Part shown: positions 37,876 to 46,912 of the stretch, piece by piece
Layout: each line of letters starts with the position of its first letter
Position numbering within the stretch: position 1 is the stretch's first letter
Source: a virus
Strand: one strand, 5' to 3'
Length of the DNA: 64,000 nucleotides
IMG/VR virus record: IMGVR_UViG_3300003323_000666
Location: 7,766 to 71,765 of that record
Translations under genes and position numbers: made by a program
The notes under the pieces: model-generated
Seen by the model: only the letters and a program-made list of their open reading frames with translations
Told to the model about the DNA's origin: nothing
Database searches by the model: none

Positions 37876-38385
37876 ATGGCGTTTGTAGTGGCATTTACGG
37901 TAACCCAATCAGCAGATGGGAAGACATTGACGCTAACAGATACTTCAAATTATGGAGATGGTGGCTCATTCAATAAAGTTGATATGGTAAGCCGAACGCT
38001 GTATATTACCCGCGGTGATACACTTACCGAGCAAGTAGTGAATTTTCCTTATACCAATACCACTAATTCTATACAGGATCAATATGTTTTTACTCAGGAT
38101 CAGGACTATGTTTATTCTATTAAAATGACATTGGTTGATAACGTATCGGTAGAATATACTGTTACTAATCAAGTAATTACGAGTGAGTTTACATTGAAAA
38201 AACTAAGGGAGATACTGGCTGATACCGGATGTGGATGCGACTGCGGCGATGATTGCAGGGTAGTCATGAAGATAGAATGTGGATTGGATGCCGCCACGGC
38301 CAGAACGTGTGCTGGAGATATTTCCGGTGCTCAACAAATATTAGAATCGGTAAATGAAATAGCCGATAATCATGTAAACTGCTAA
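37876..38385 (+). CDS. Tail hub / structural protein, Cys-rich C-terminus
   Basis: First gene of fibre module. Confidence 0.55.
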   Translation: MAFVVAFTVTQSADGKTLTLTDTSNYGDGGSFNKVDMVSRTLYITRGDTLTEQVVNFPYTNTTNSIQDQYVFTQDQDYVYSIKMTLVDNVSVEYTVTNQVITSEFTLKKLREILADTGCGCDCGDDCRVVMKIECGLDAATARTCAGDISGAQQILESVNEIADNHVNC

Positions 38386-38388
38386 TGA

Positions 38389-39222
38389 ATGCCATATATT
38401 GATGCAGAAAAAGCAAAACAAATTGTGTCGATAGCCAAAGATTATATTGGCACTCAATATCAGTCGTTTGTTCAAAAGGACGCTAATGGATGCGCCATCC
38501 CTACATCCAAATGGTCCGATTTGTTATGTTTTTATCAATTATACCGAATCGCTGGGCATAGAATAGATGATTTCATCAACGACGATACTTATCAAAAAGT
38601 AATAATTAAATTACTTGGAAAGATCGCGTTGACACCTAATTACTCTTTAATTACATGCAATAATAATGTAATAAATATTAATGGTGGCTGTGGATGTGGT
38701 GGTGGCACCTCTACTACCGGTCCAACTGCGGGCTGCCGTGATAGCATTCTTCCTTTTACCTTATCCCCTTCGCAGACAACCATATCTACTCCATTATTAA
38801 TTGGTGTGGACATTTTGATCGCTATCAGAGAGGGTGTAGTAATGAGTGCCAAACCATCCAATATCAATGGATATATTTTTGATAATGTAACGGGAACTTT
38901 TGTCGCAAATGCTCCAGCGAGTCCAGCGGGGGAAGATTTTATAATATTGTATAGGAACTGTAATACTGGCGGAGGACCACCAATACCGCCAATTGGATTA
39001 AGGACCGATACGGCAATTTTTAGTGGAGACGGGGTTACAACGCAGTTTGATATACCTCATGGGGGGACTAGCATTCCAGATTGGTATAGCATAGGTGTGG
39101 GATCTGCGGCAGCGGCAGGCGTGTATTACACTATTGCTACTCCTACTTACTTGAGAGTAGTATATGATGTGGCCCCTACGCCAGGTGCGCAAAATATTGT
39201 TTTAACTTGGGCAGCTAGATAA
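38389..39222 (+). CDS. Tail hub / fibre-attachment protein
   Basis: FSGDGVTTQFDIPH fibre-type motif. Confidence 0.55.
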   Translation: MPYIDAEKAKQIVSIAKDYIGTQYQSFVQKDANGCAIPTSKWSDLLCFYQLYRIAGHRIDDFINDDTYQKVIIKLLGKIALTPNYSLITCNNNVININGGCGCGGGTSTTGPTAGCRDSILPFTLSPSQTTISTPLLIGVDILIAIREGVVMSAKPSNINGYIFDNVTGTFVANAPASPAGEDFIILYRNCNTGGGPPIPPIGLRTDTAIFSGDGVTTQFDIPHGGTSIPDWYSIGVGSAAAAGVYYTIATPTYLRVVYDVAPTPGAQNIVLTWAAR

Positions 39223-39228
39223 ATTAAT

Positions 39229-41115
39229 ATGGGAGGATATAACGCAGCCATAAGAACATTTGAAACTGTTACCGATCTACGGCAGCAAAGAGGAACAGCC
39301 AATATCAGCGTAAATGTATTGGGGAACCTTACGGTTGGTGATGGGGGAGAGGGTGAATTTTATTGGGATAGCACTTCTGTAGAAACCGATAACGGAGCAA
39401 CAATATTTTCTCCAACCGTGGGAAGTGGCGCTGGCCGGTGGAAAAGGAATTTCAACGGCTGCGTATACCCTAGATGGTGGGGCGCTGTCGCAAATGGCAC
39501 TACTGATGATTCTGCTGTTTGGCAGGCTGTAATCAACTTTGCCGCCCCACTAAACATCCCGATTAATGGAGAGGGGAAATCCTATAAAATAGCAGCCCTG
39601 AATTTATTAGAAAAAACAAATATTCAAAATGTCAAGTTTGTTTTAACAGCCGGTACATATGGGCTTAAAATAAATGAGATTGGGCAGGCACCTACTGTTT
39701 ACAAACGGAACATAACACTACGGGATATTGTATTTTCCGGCTCATGCACGTACGCTCTCATAGTAAGCACAATCACTGGTGTTACAATAAAAAATCTGTC
39801 ATTTGAGGCATGCAACTGTGCTAATGATATATTTTATTTATTGAATACATATGACTCTGTTGTAGATGAGTTGACATTCATTGGCTGTACCGCTGGTCCA
39901 GGGTGTGCCTGTTTAAATATGCCCGCTGGAGTAAATGCCATGACTGTATCGAATGTATATACGAGCGCCTTTACTGATTTTGGAATTAAGTTAACCGGCG
40001 GATCGGCTTTATTTCTGCCAAACCACACCATCCAAGGGGCTACTACGGGAATGGCCTTTAATAGCTGCCTCGGTGTCACTGTCGAAAGTCCTTATTTCGA
40101 GAATACGGTCAATCCTGTTGAGATAACCAGCACGCCTGCTGATGTAGGCAGTATTCGCTTTCATGGCGGTAACTGGTTTGCTCCTTACGCAAGTCACCCA
40201 AACTTGAGCCTGAATAATGGTGTCATGATACGATATGTTGGAGGTAGAAATAGTATTTCTTTGTTTGGGGGTGTATTTGATGTTAGTGTAACATCTGGGA
40301 AAAAGATGGCCAGTGTTGGCAATACGGGCATTTTAAATATATACAGACCTCATTTAATCAGCGGAAGTAACACCCCGGAGGTTACGGATTATCTATTTAA
40401 AGAGGTAGGGGCTTCTTCGGTTGCGGGATTTTATGTAGAATACACACGTACTTCAAATGCATATACTGTAGTTCGTAGGACTAGTGGTATTGGGAATGCT
40501 CATATTGTTGAATGTTATGACTCTAACTCCAATTTAACTAAATCTGCATGGTCCCCACCAACAATAGGAAGTGCGGCGAATGCCCTGTCATTTTATCAAG
40601 AACGGATAAGCGCGGCAAAAACGACTTCCTACTCTTTATTAGGGACGGACGATACGGTGAGATTTAATACGACGAGCGCTAATTTAACCGCAACACTGCC
40701 GGTAGCCAATATCCCGCCAGGGAAAATATTTACCATTAAAAAAACCGCTGGTAATAATGCTTTAACGGTGATAGTAAGCGGAGGGGGAACCATAGATGGC
40801 TCGACAAGTTATATTATAAATGGTATTGGAGATGTGATTCGGTTTCAATGGGACGGTACAGTATATATCTTGTATGGTATTGGGATCGCTCAAACTCCTA
40901 TAATAAATCCATTATACTTCAATACTACGCTTATAGATAGTAGTACCATAACTAATTCATTTCTGAATACGACATATCCAATCGGCGCAACTTATCCGAT
41001 TGGTACTACTATTTCATTTACTAATTTATCAGACTTATCAACAAATGTGGCCGAATCTACTAGGATGACAAACACCACATGGTATACGAAAATGGTTTCA
41101 TATAAAAACTCATGA
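39229..41115 (+). CDS. Tail spike with pectate-lyase-like beta-helix (depolymerase candidate)
   Basis: GDGGEGEFYWD..DNGATIF..GRWKR head; WWGAVANGTTDDSA beta-helix cap. Confidence 0.8.
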   Translation: MGGYNAAIRTFETVTDLRQQRGTANISVNVLGNLTVGDGGEGEFYWDSTSVETDNGATIFSPTVGSGAGRWKRNFNGCVYPRWWGAVANGTTDDSAVWQAVINFAAPLNIPINGEGKSYKIAALNLLEKTNIQNVKFVLTAGTYGLKINEIGQAPTVYKRNITLRDIVFSGSCTYALIVSTITGVTIKNLSFEACNCANDIFYLLNTYDSVVDELTFIGCTAGPGCACLNMPAGVNAMTVSNVYTSAFTDFGIKLTGGSALFLPNHTIQGATTGMAFNSCLGVTVESPYFENTVNPVEITSTPADVGSIRFHGGNWFAPYASHPNLSLNNGVMIRYVGGRNSISLFGGVFDVSVTSGKKMASVGNTGILNIYRPHLISGSNTPEVTDYLFKEVGASSVAGFYVEYTRTSNAYTVVRRTSGIGNAHIVECYDSNSNLTKSAWSPPTIGSAANALSFYQERISAAKTTSYSLLGTDDTVRFNTTSANLTATLPVANIPPGKIFTIKKTAGNNALTVIVSGGGTIDGSTSYIINGIGDVIRFQWDGTVYILYGIGIAQTPIINPLYFNTTLIDSSTITNSFLNTTYPIGATYPIGTTISFTNLSDLSTNVAESTRMTNTTWYTKMVSYKNS

Positions 41116-43991
41116 GATATCTACTTATATTGATTTCGTTTTTTATTTCTATCCACCTATCTGCACAGACAATTAATTGGCAGTCCCAAGGCAATTTTGA
41201 AATGCAGAGAAGCCGATCTTTACAACAAATGGGCATCCCAGTAAGGGACTCTGTCGGCGGTGTGGGGTTTAGCAATAGAGACAGCATTGGCAGCATCATC
41301 TTTCATCCGAATGGCGGATTTTACATTTTAGATAGATATGGATGGCAGCGATATTATAATGGAATAGAATCAGATAATAGATATGTATTAAGCCCCTCGG
41401 GTAAAATTACCGCTAACTGGATTCAAGCATGGAACTATGCTATAGGCGCTGAAATGCCAAATGTGACAAATCCTGATCTTAAGTATTTGATAGTCAATGG
41501 AAATGCTGGCGATACGATTTTAAATGTTATAGGCGGAACTGGTACAGTAGATTTTACTCCGCTTTTTGCCGGAGTAGCATTTGATAAAGCTGGTGATCAT
41601 TATTTCTCTTTTTTAGTAACCAGGCAGTCTGGAAGTGTTTATAATATAGACCGACCATTAAAATACAACCTAGTAGCCGATACCATTAAATTCATGTGGA
41701 GTTCATACCAGGGACAGCATATGACGGATTATGGCTATAGAGGATATGCGGACAATATTTATGATTATCAAAAAAATCTTGCGGCAAAGGACTATAAACT
41801 ATATTCGTTTTATCCAGAGGACAATCCAACCACCATTCCCTTTACCGCAATAGGAGGCGCTGTCCAAGGGGGACTGATCCCAGGTACGTCTTCTCCACAA
41901 CTGATCCAGATAACGACAGCTACGATAAACTACTCCCAACGAGCCACAATGCATTATAGAGTACAACAGGGAACGGCTGCAGATCGCGGTGTTGAATGGA
42001 CAACTAATTTAGGGAAAAAAAATGGATACTTAGAGACATGGGTGGGAACGAATTTGGATCTGCCAGGATTCACTAAGGTCCTATTTTATTTGGATGGAGT
42101 ATTAAAGAAAACCGATACAGTTCGTGGTGCTATTCAAAAATTAACATATAATTTTTCTGGTGCTTCTACTGGAAAACTTCAAATAGTTACCGGAGATGCA
42201 CAACCAACCGACATTCGAATAGGTACAACCGTTTGGTATCAGACAGATATTTCTACCACCGGCAAAGTATATACTGGAGGCAAAATAATGTTTGTGGGAG
42301 ACTCGTGGACTCAGCACTATTTAAATGGAGGAGTCTTTTTCCAGTCTTCTCCTGTAAGGTTTAGGGCTAGATGGGTGGCCAATGGGGGTAATCCAAATGA
42401 CATCATAAATGTTGGACGTGGTGGTATGACTTCCGCATGGGGAAAATATTGGTTTAAGTATTGGATAAACTTATATAAGCCTAAATACATTTATATAGAA
42501 TTTTATATAAATGATTCGAATAGTTCGAGTTTTGTTGGAGACAATACCAATACAACCTGGAATTTTAGCAGTACGGACCCATACAGCGCTGGGGTGGATG
42601 TAGATGGAAAGGTAACCCAGCAAAACTGGATAGACAACTTAAAATGGATGCGCGATACTGCTATCGCATATGGAGCGACGCCCATTCTTTTAATGAATAC
42701 CCCAACCGGATCATTAACACAAACACAGGGACAATCTGCGTGGTTTAGTGCATTGCGTCCAGCCAGCCAATATTACGATATTGAAACTCTTTTCGCAAGC
42801 GGTGTATATGCGGACAATAGTGTAAACGCCCCAACAGTGAACGCTACGTATGGTAATATAGACACTATAAATAATAAAGTGACTCGTGGAGGGGCGGCAA
42901 CTACAGCATTATCCGGTGCTTATTTAATAGGATTGAAAGCCACGAATAGCTCTATCACAAAAGGGATGATAATATATCCAGAAACGAATTATACTGGAAG
43001 CCTGGGGAAAATATTGAGCGTTCAAAATGTACCGACAATAGGAAGTGGGGAGGTGTTCTCAATCGCGAATAATGGCTTAACAACTTCTGCTGTTGGGTTT
43101 TCTGCGGGTGTAAACGGATATGTGATCACACCATTTAGCATAACATATAGTTCTAATATAGCCAGAATATCTGCTACAAATAGTACTACTATAAATGATC
43201 TATATATAGGAGATAGTTTAAAGGGAGTTACCCGTATGCGCATCCCGACAGTGATGGTGAACTATGCAACGGCAGCGTTGCCCACAAGCGCACTACAAAG
43301 GGTTAAGGGTGGATTAGCATACGATAGCGATGTTAATAAACTTGCTGTTACTGATGGCGCAACTTGGAAATATGTTGCAACAGAGGATTTCGTTAACACA
43401 AAATCTGGGACGTATAATTATGCTGGACCTACTGGTAATTATACGGTTCTTTCTTCTGATCAATATATAACCAACTTGGACAATACAGCCCCAGCGCCTA
43501 CATTCACATTGCCGGCAGCTTCTTCGGCGGGGGTAGGGAAGTGGTATCTGATCTCTAATGAAAATTTAAATGGGAATCTTGCCATAACACTATCCCAATC
43601 AGTCGCTTTATTAGACGGAACGACAACAGCCACTGTGCCACCTGGCATGTCGATTAGGATTATGTCTGATGGAACTGCATGGCGAGAGATACAGTCGTCA
43701 CGAAGGTCAAATATATACACCGTAACCACCGCGACAGATGCAAATTACACCATCCCAGATGCAGCTACAATTGTAGTACTACCAGTGATAACAGCTAATC
43801 GTACTGTGACACTGCCCGCATTACAAACCGGCCAAACACTTACTATACATAATAGAAATTCCGCTGCATTTAATTGGTCATTTACAAATACAAATGTAAA
43901 AGACGCAGCTGGAAATACAATTACTAATATGATAAATCAGAGTGTATATCAGTTCTATTATGATGGCACTAACTTATATAAGACAAACTAA
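41112..43991 (+). CDS. Fibre-like protein with signal peptide and SGNH-like domain
   Basis: MRYLLILISFFISIHLSA-Q; FVGDSWT, GRGG, INDS; two C-terminal fibre modules. Confidence 0.75.
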   Translation: MRYLLILISFFISIHLSAQTINWQSQGNFEMQRSRSLQQMGIPVRDSVGGVGFSNRDSIGSIIFHPNGGFYILDRYGWQRYYNGIESDNRYVLSPSGKITANWIQAWNYAIGAEMPNVTNPDLKYLIVNGNAGDTILNVIGGTGTVDFTPLFAGVAFDKAGDHYFSFLVTRQSGSVYNIDRPLKYNLVADTIKFMWSSYQGQHMTDYGYRGYADNIYDYQKNLAAKDYKLYSFYPEDNPTTIPFTAIGGAVQGGLIPGTSSPQLIQITTATINYSQRATMHYRVQQGTAADRGVEWTTNLGKKNGYLETWVGTNLDLPGFTKVLFYLDGVLKKTDTVRGAIQKLTYNFSGASTGKLQIVTGDAQPTDIRIGTTVWYQTDISTTGKVYTGGKIMFVGDSWTQHYLNGGVFFQSSPVRFRARWVANGGNPNDIINVGRGGMTSAWGKYWFKYWINLYKPKYIYIEFYINDSNSSSFVGDNTNTTWNFSSTDPYSAGVDVDGKVTQQNWIDNLKWMRDTAIAYGATPILLMNTPTGSLTQTQGQSAWFSALRPASQYYDIETLFASGVYADNSVNAPTVNATYGNIDTINNKVTRGGAATTALSGAYLIGLKATNSSITKGMIIYPETNYTGSLGKILSVQNVPTIGSGEVFSIANNGLTTSAVGFSAGVNGYVITPFSITYSSNIARISATNSTTINDLYIGDSLKGVTRMRIPTVMVNYATAALPTSALQRVKGGLAYDSDVNKLAVTDGATWKYVATEDFVNTKSGTYNYAGPTGNYTVLSSDQYITNLDNTAPAPTFTLPAASSAGVGKWYLISNENLNGNLAITLSQSVALLDGTTTATVPPGMSIRIMSDGTAWREIQSSRRSNIYTVTTATDANYTIPDAATIVVLPVITANRTVTLPALQTGQTLTIHNRNSAAFNWSFTNTNVKDAAGNTITNMINQSVYQFYYDGTNLYKTN

Positions 43992-43996
43992 CAATA

Positions 43997-44308
43997 ATGA
44001 ATAGACCCGAAGGAATACAAGTAGTTACGTCTGGAACCTCAGTAAGCGTCTCCGGTGGAGTTGGAGTATTATTAATAAATCCGGCTACACTTCTAGCCTC
44101 ATTGGCTGTTACATTGCCTTCTTCTCCGGCTGATCGAGATGAGTTATATATCATCGCTGGAGGTACAATTACTGCCGGAGTTGTTGTTACGGCTTTTTCA
44201 ATAGCTGGCGTTTCTGTTATTGGCTCAGTCCCTACTGGCGTAACCGCTGGGCTATCGCAGGTATATAAGTATTTCCAATCAACCGGAAAGTGGTATAGGA
44301 TTATTTGA
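43997..44308 (+). CDS. Small fibre-module protein
   Basis: VTLPSSP...KWYRI module shared with the fibres. Confidence 0.6.
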   Translation: MNRPEGIQVVTSGTSVSVSGGVGVLLINPATLLASLAVTLPSSPADRDELYIIAGGTITAGVVVTAFSIAGVSVIGSVPTGVTAGLSQVYKYFQSTGKWYRII

Positions 44309-44345
44309 TGATCTGTATACCATATAGAGTCACCTAATAATTCAG

Positions 44346-44353
44346 TATATTTG
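44346..44353 (+). promoter_or_regulatory. -7 promoter element for lysis module
   Basis: TATATTTG. Confidence 0.65.
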
Positions 44354-44372
44354 TTTATAAATTTCATCTAAA

Positions 44373-44621
44373 ATGGGCGAAGAGGTTTCAACCAAAACGG
44401 TTATCAGTATCCAAAGTCCTACACCTATGTGGGCTACATGGGTATTTAGAATCACATTTATATTAACAACAGCTGCGACTATGGTAATTGCTGCTGATCC
44501 TACTATACCGGATGGTGTAAAAGTTAGAATTGGTGCATATTTAAAGGGGTTGGATTTTGTGATATGGGGTATATCCCGGATGTTAGGAGTACAAATTGAT
44601 CAATCAGATTTTAAACGATAG
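44373..44621 (+). CDS. Holin candidate
   Basis: 82 aa, two hydrophobic segments, heads the lysis module. Confidence 0.5.
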   Translation: MGEEVSTKTVISIQSPTPMWATWVFRITFILTTAATMVIAADPTIPDGVKVRIGAYLKGLDFVIWGISRMLGVQIDQSDFKR

Positions 44622-44627
44622 ATAAAA

Positions 44628-44858
44628 ATGGGAGAGAAAATCACTGTAACACAAGAAATACTCGACATGAATCCTTGTTTGGTCGACCAGGGCGTAAAAA
44701 TTGGTGAAGAGATAGAGCTGGGAGAGGCATGTAATGAAGATGGAAGCGCCTTAACCGGCGAACCAGAAATTAATCCGCCGTCTGTAGATGATAGGCAAAG
44801 CAAGGAAGCTAATTCAACCACTGATATCATTGGAGGTAGGGAAAAAGATGATAGATAG
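44628..44858 (+). CDS. Small acidic protein
   Basis: VTQEILDMNP.L...GVKIGEEI motif. Confidence 0.6.
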   Translation: MGEKITVTQEILDMNPCLVDQGVKIGEEIELGEACNEDGSALTGEPEINPPSVDDRQSKEANSTTDIIGGREKDDR

Positions 44859-45189
44859 ATCTCGAACAGCCACTTGGATGTTGGCAATTGGCATTTTGGT
44901 TATTATCGAATATTATATATTTGGTAAGGATCATATTCCTGGGTACAATGTCCATAAGGCCCGAGCTATCACATTTATATTTTTTGGATCGGCTACATGG
45001 CTGATTCCAACTAAAGCGCCTCAGTTTAATCGCTGGGGGCGCTTTTTTGTTATTATCGCTATCGGGAACTTTATTGATGAGTTCTTCTTGGATCCTTATA
45101 GCAAGGAGCCTATAGAATTTATCATTGGGGGACTAGCCGCATTAACCTTATTGCCTGTAAAGAAATTTTTAAACAGGATTTCCAAATAG
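44848..45189 (+). CDS. Multi-pass membrane protein
   Basis: About four hydrophobic segments; start moved to MIDRS. Confidence 0.6.
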   Translation: MIDRSRTATWMLAIGILVIIEYYIFGKDHIPGYNVHKARAITFIFFGSATWLIPTKAPQFNRWGRFFVIIAIGNFIDEFFLDPYSKEPIEFIIGGLAALTLLPVKKFLNRISK

Positions 45190-45206
45190 CAAAACCGAAT
45201 ACTGCA

Positions 45207-45491
45207 TTGGATAACGAGTTTAGGAGATATGGAATCCCTCAAAAATGGAGGAAATGGATTTGGATTGGCACCATTTCTGGATTGATATATATTATCAAGT
45301 GGCTGGCTGCTGAAAATAAGCGACTGGATAAAGAGGTAAAAGAATGTAATGCAGCCCGTATGAATGATGCAGAAATGAGGCGTAAGGCGGATAGTACCAT
45401 GATATATAAAGTGATGGAAGAAGCATTCTATAAATCGAAAGAAAAAATAATACAACCAGTACTAGACTCGGCTAGTAAATCTCAATTATGA
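45207..45491 (+). CDS. Membrane-anchored coiled-coil protein (lysis module)
   Basis: N-terminal TM followed by coiled coil. Confidence 0.55.
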   Translation: MDNEFRRYGIPQKWRKWIWIGTISGLIYIIKWLAAENKRLDKEVKECNAARMNDAEMRRKADSTMIYKVMEEAFYKSKEKIIQPVLDSASKSQL

Positions 45492-45829
45492 GGAAGGTAT
45501 TATACATATTAATATTTCTGCCCTTTCTGTTTATGGGATCTGCCGGCAAACTAACGCCACAAAACAAGGACCGACAGGAGCCAACTACCCTTATCGATAC
45601 GTTTTATCTGAAAGTGAGGGCACAGCAAATGGCAGATAGTGCTGCGCATGCTGCTGTGAAAAAAATAGATACTCTTTTGGGAAAAGAAACCAGATTTATA
45701 GGCGGAGTGGATATAGAATACCGCCCGGTAGGCAAAAGAATATATAGATTTGATTGGATACGGGTCTATAAGGCATTCTTAGGCGATACAACATACGATA
45801 CAACATACATAAAAAGAGTAGATGAATAA
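45488..45829 (+). CDS. Exported protein (lysis module)
   Basis: Signal-peptide-like N-terminus. Confidence 0.55.
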   Translation: MRKVLYILIFLPFLFMGSAGKLTPQNKDRQEPTTLIDTFYLKVRAQQMADSAAHAAVKKIDTLLGKETRFIGGVDIEYRPVGKRIYRFDWIRVYKAFLGDTTYDTTYIKRVDE

Positions 45830-46349
45830 ATATATAATATTATCGTTATTACTGTTGTTTTGCTTTTGCAGGTCTTCTAAGGATATAGAAAAAAGAAAGC
45901 TGAAAAAAGAATATGAAACCAGGCAAAAAGATATTGAAGAGAGGGAAGCCTTTAGAAAAAAATATCCCTGTGATACCGCAACTAACACCATTCTTCGAAC
46001 TGACACTATTGTACAGTATGGCACTCCAGACACTATTATCGGCCCTGGCGACACAATCTATATTCACAGGCCAAGTACAATAACTCGTTATGTGGATAAA
46101 ATTATCACAGTAATAGATGAGGCACAAGTAAAGAATGCCAGAGATAGCATTGCTCAGTTTGATTACCAATTGAGTCAAATTACCGAACTTGCAAATAAGC
46201 AAGCAGCCGACTTAGAATCAAAAGAGACACAGCTTAAAACATATTCGAAGACTCAACATGTATGGATGTGGCGAGCTATTGGGACATGGATTGCCCTAGC
46301 TTTATTTACAGGAGGCCTTGTGTTCTTGAAAATTAAATCAATAATATAA
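45822..46349 (+). CDS. Unimolecular spanin candidate
   Basis: Lipoprotein-like signal (..LFCFC-RSSK, atypical lipobox), coiled coil and C-terminal TM; directly before the endolysin. Confidence 0.55.
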   Translation: MNKYIILSLLLLFCFCRSSKDIEKRKLKKEYETRQKDIEEREAFRKKYPCDTATNTILRTDTIVQYGTPDTIIGPGDTIYIHRPSTITRYVDKIITVIDEAQVKNARDSIAQFDYQLSQITELANKQAADLESKETQLKTYSKTQHVWMWRAIGTWIALALFTGGLVFLKIKSII

Positions 46350-46912
46350 TGGCTAATTTCCTCAAGGCTTTTTCTAAGATAATGCCCGCTGAAGGAGGGT
46401 ACGTAAATCATGCCTTAGACCGTGGAGGCGAAACCTACAAAGGGATTTCTCGTAATTATCACGGTACTTGGCCTGGATGGATTTTGATAGAGCGTTACAA
46501 ACGGCTCCCTAATTTCCCGGATAATTTAGAGGAAAGTCAATCATTGAAAGATCATGTACAGGTTTTCTATAAATCTAACTTCTGGGATATAAATAAGTTG
46601 GACCTGATACAAAATCAAGATATCGCGGAAGAGCTTTTTGATACAGGCGTTAATATGGGAACCAAAATAGCTGCTGAATTCTTACAAAAAGCATATAATT
46701 TATTATCTAAGAACGGCGTGGAGTATGATAAAATCTCGGTTGACGGGATAATAGGCAATAAAACATTATCAGCAATCAATAATCACAAATACCCTAAAAG
46801 AATATTCAAAACCCTTAATATATTACAGGGATCCAGATATATTTCTATATGCGAGAAAGATCCTTCTCAAGAAGAATTCTTTGCCGGATGGATTAGCCGA
46901 GTGGAGATTTAA
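46349..46912 (+). CDS. Endolysin, glycoside hydrolase family 108 with PG-binding domain
   Basis: EGGYVNHALDRGGETYKGI; FDTGVNMG; VDGIIGNKTL; FFAGWISR. Confidence 0.92.
   Translation: MANFLKAFSKIMPAEGGYVNHALDRGGETYKGISRNYHGTWPGWILIERYKRLPNFPDNLEESQSLKDHVQVFYKSNFWDINKLDLIQNQDIAEELFDTGVNMGTKIAAEFLQKAYNLLSKNGVEYDKISVDGIIGNKTLSAINNHKYPKRIFKTLNILQGSRYISICEKDPSQEEFFAGWISRVEI

Noticed and set aside
18825-42301. 17-bp identity (ataatgtttgtgggaga) between the two SGNH genes as a recombination site
   Set aside because: It encodes the conserved catalytic IMFVGD motif, so protein constraint can explain it.
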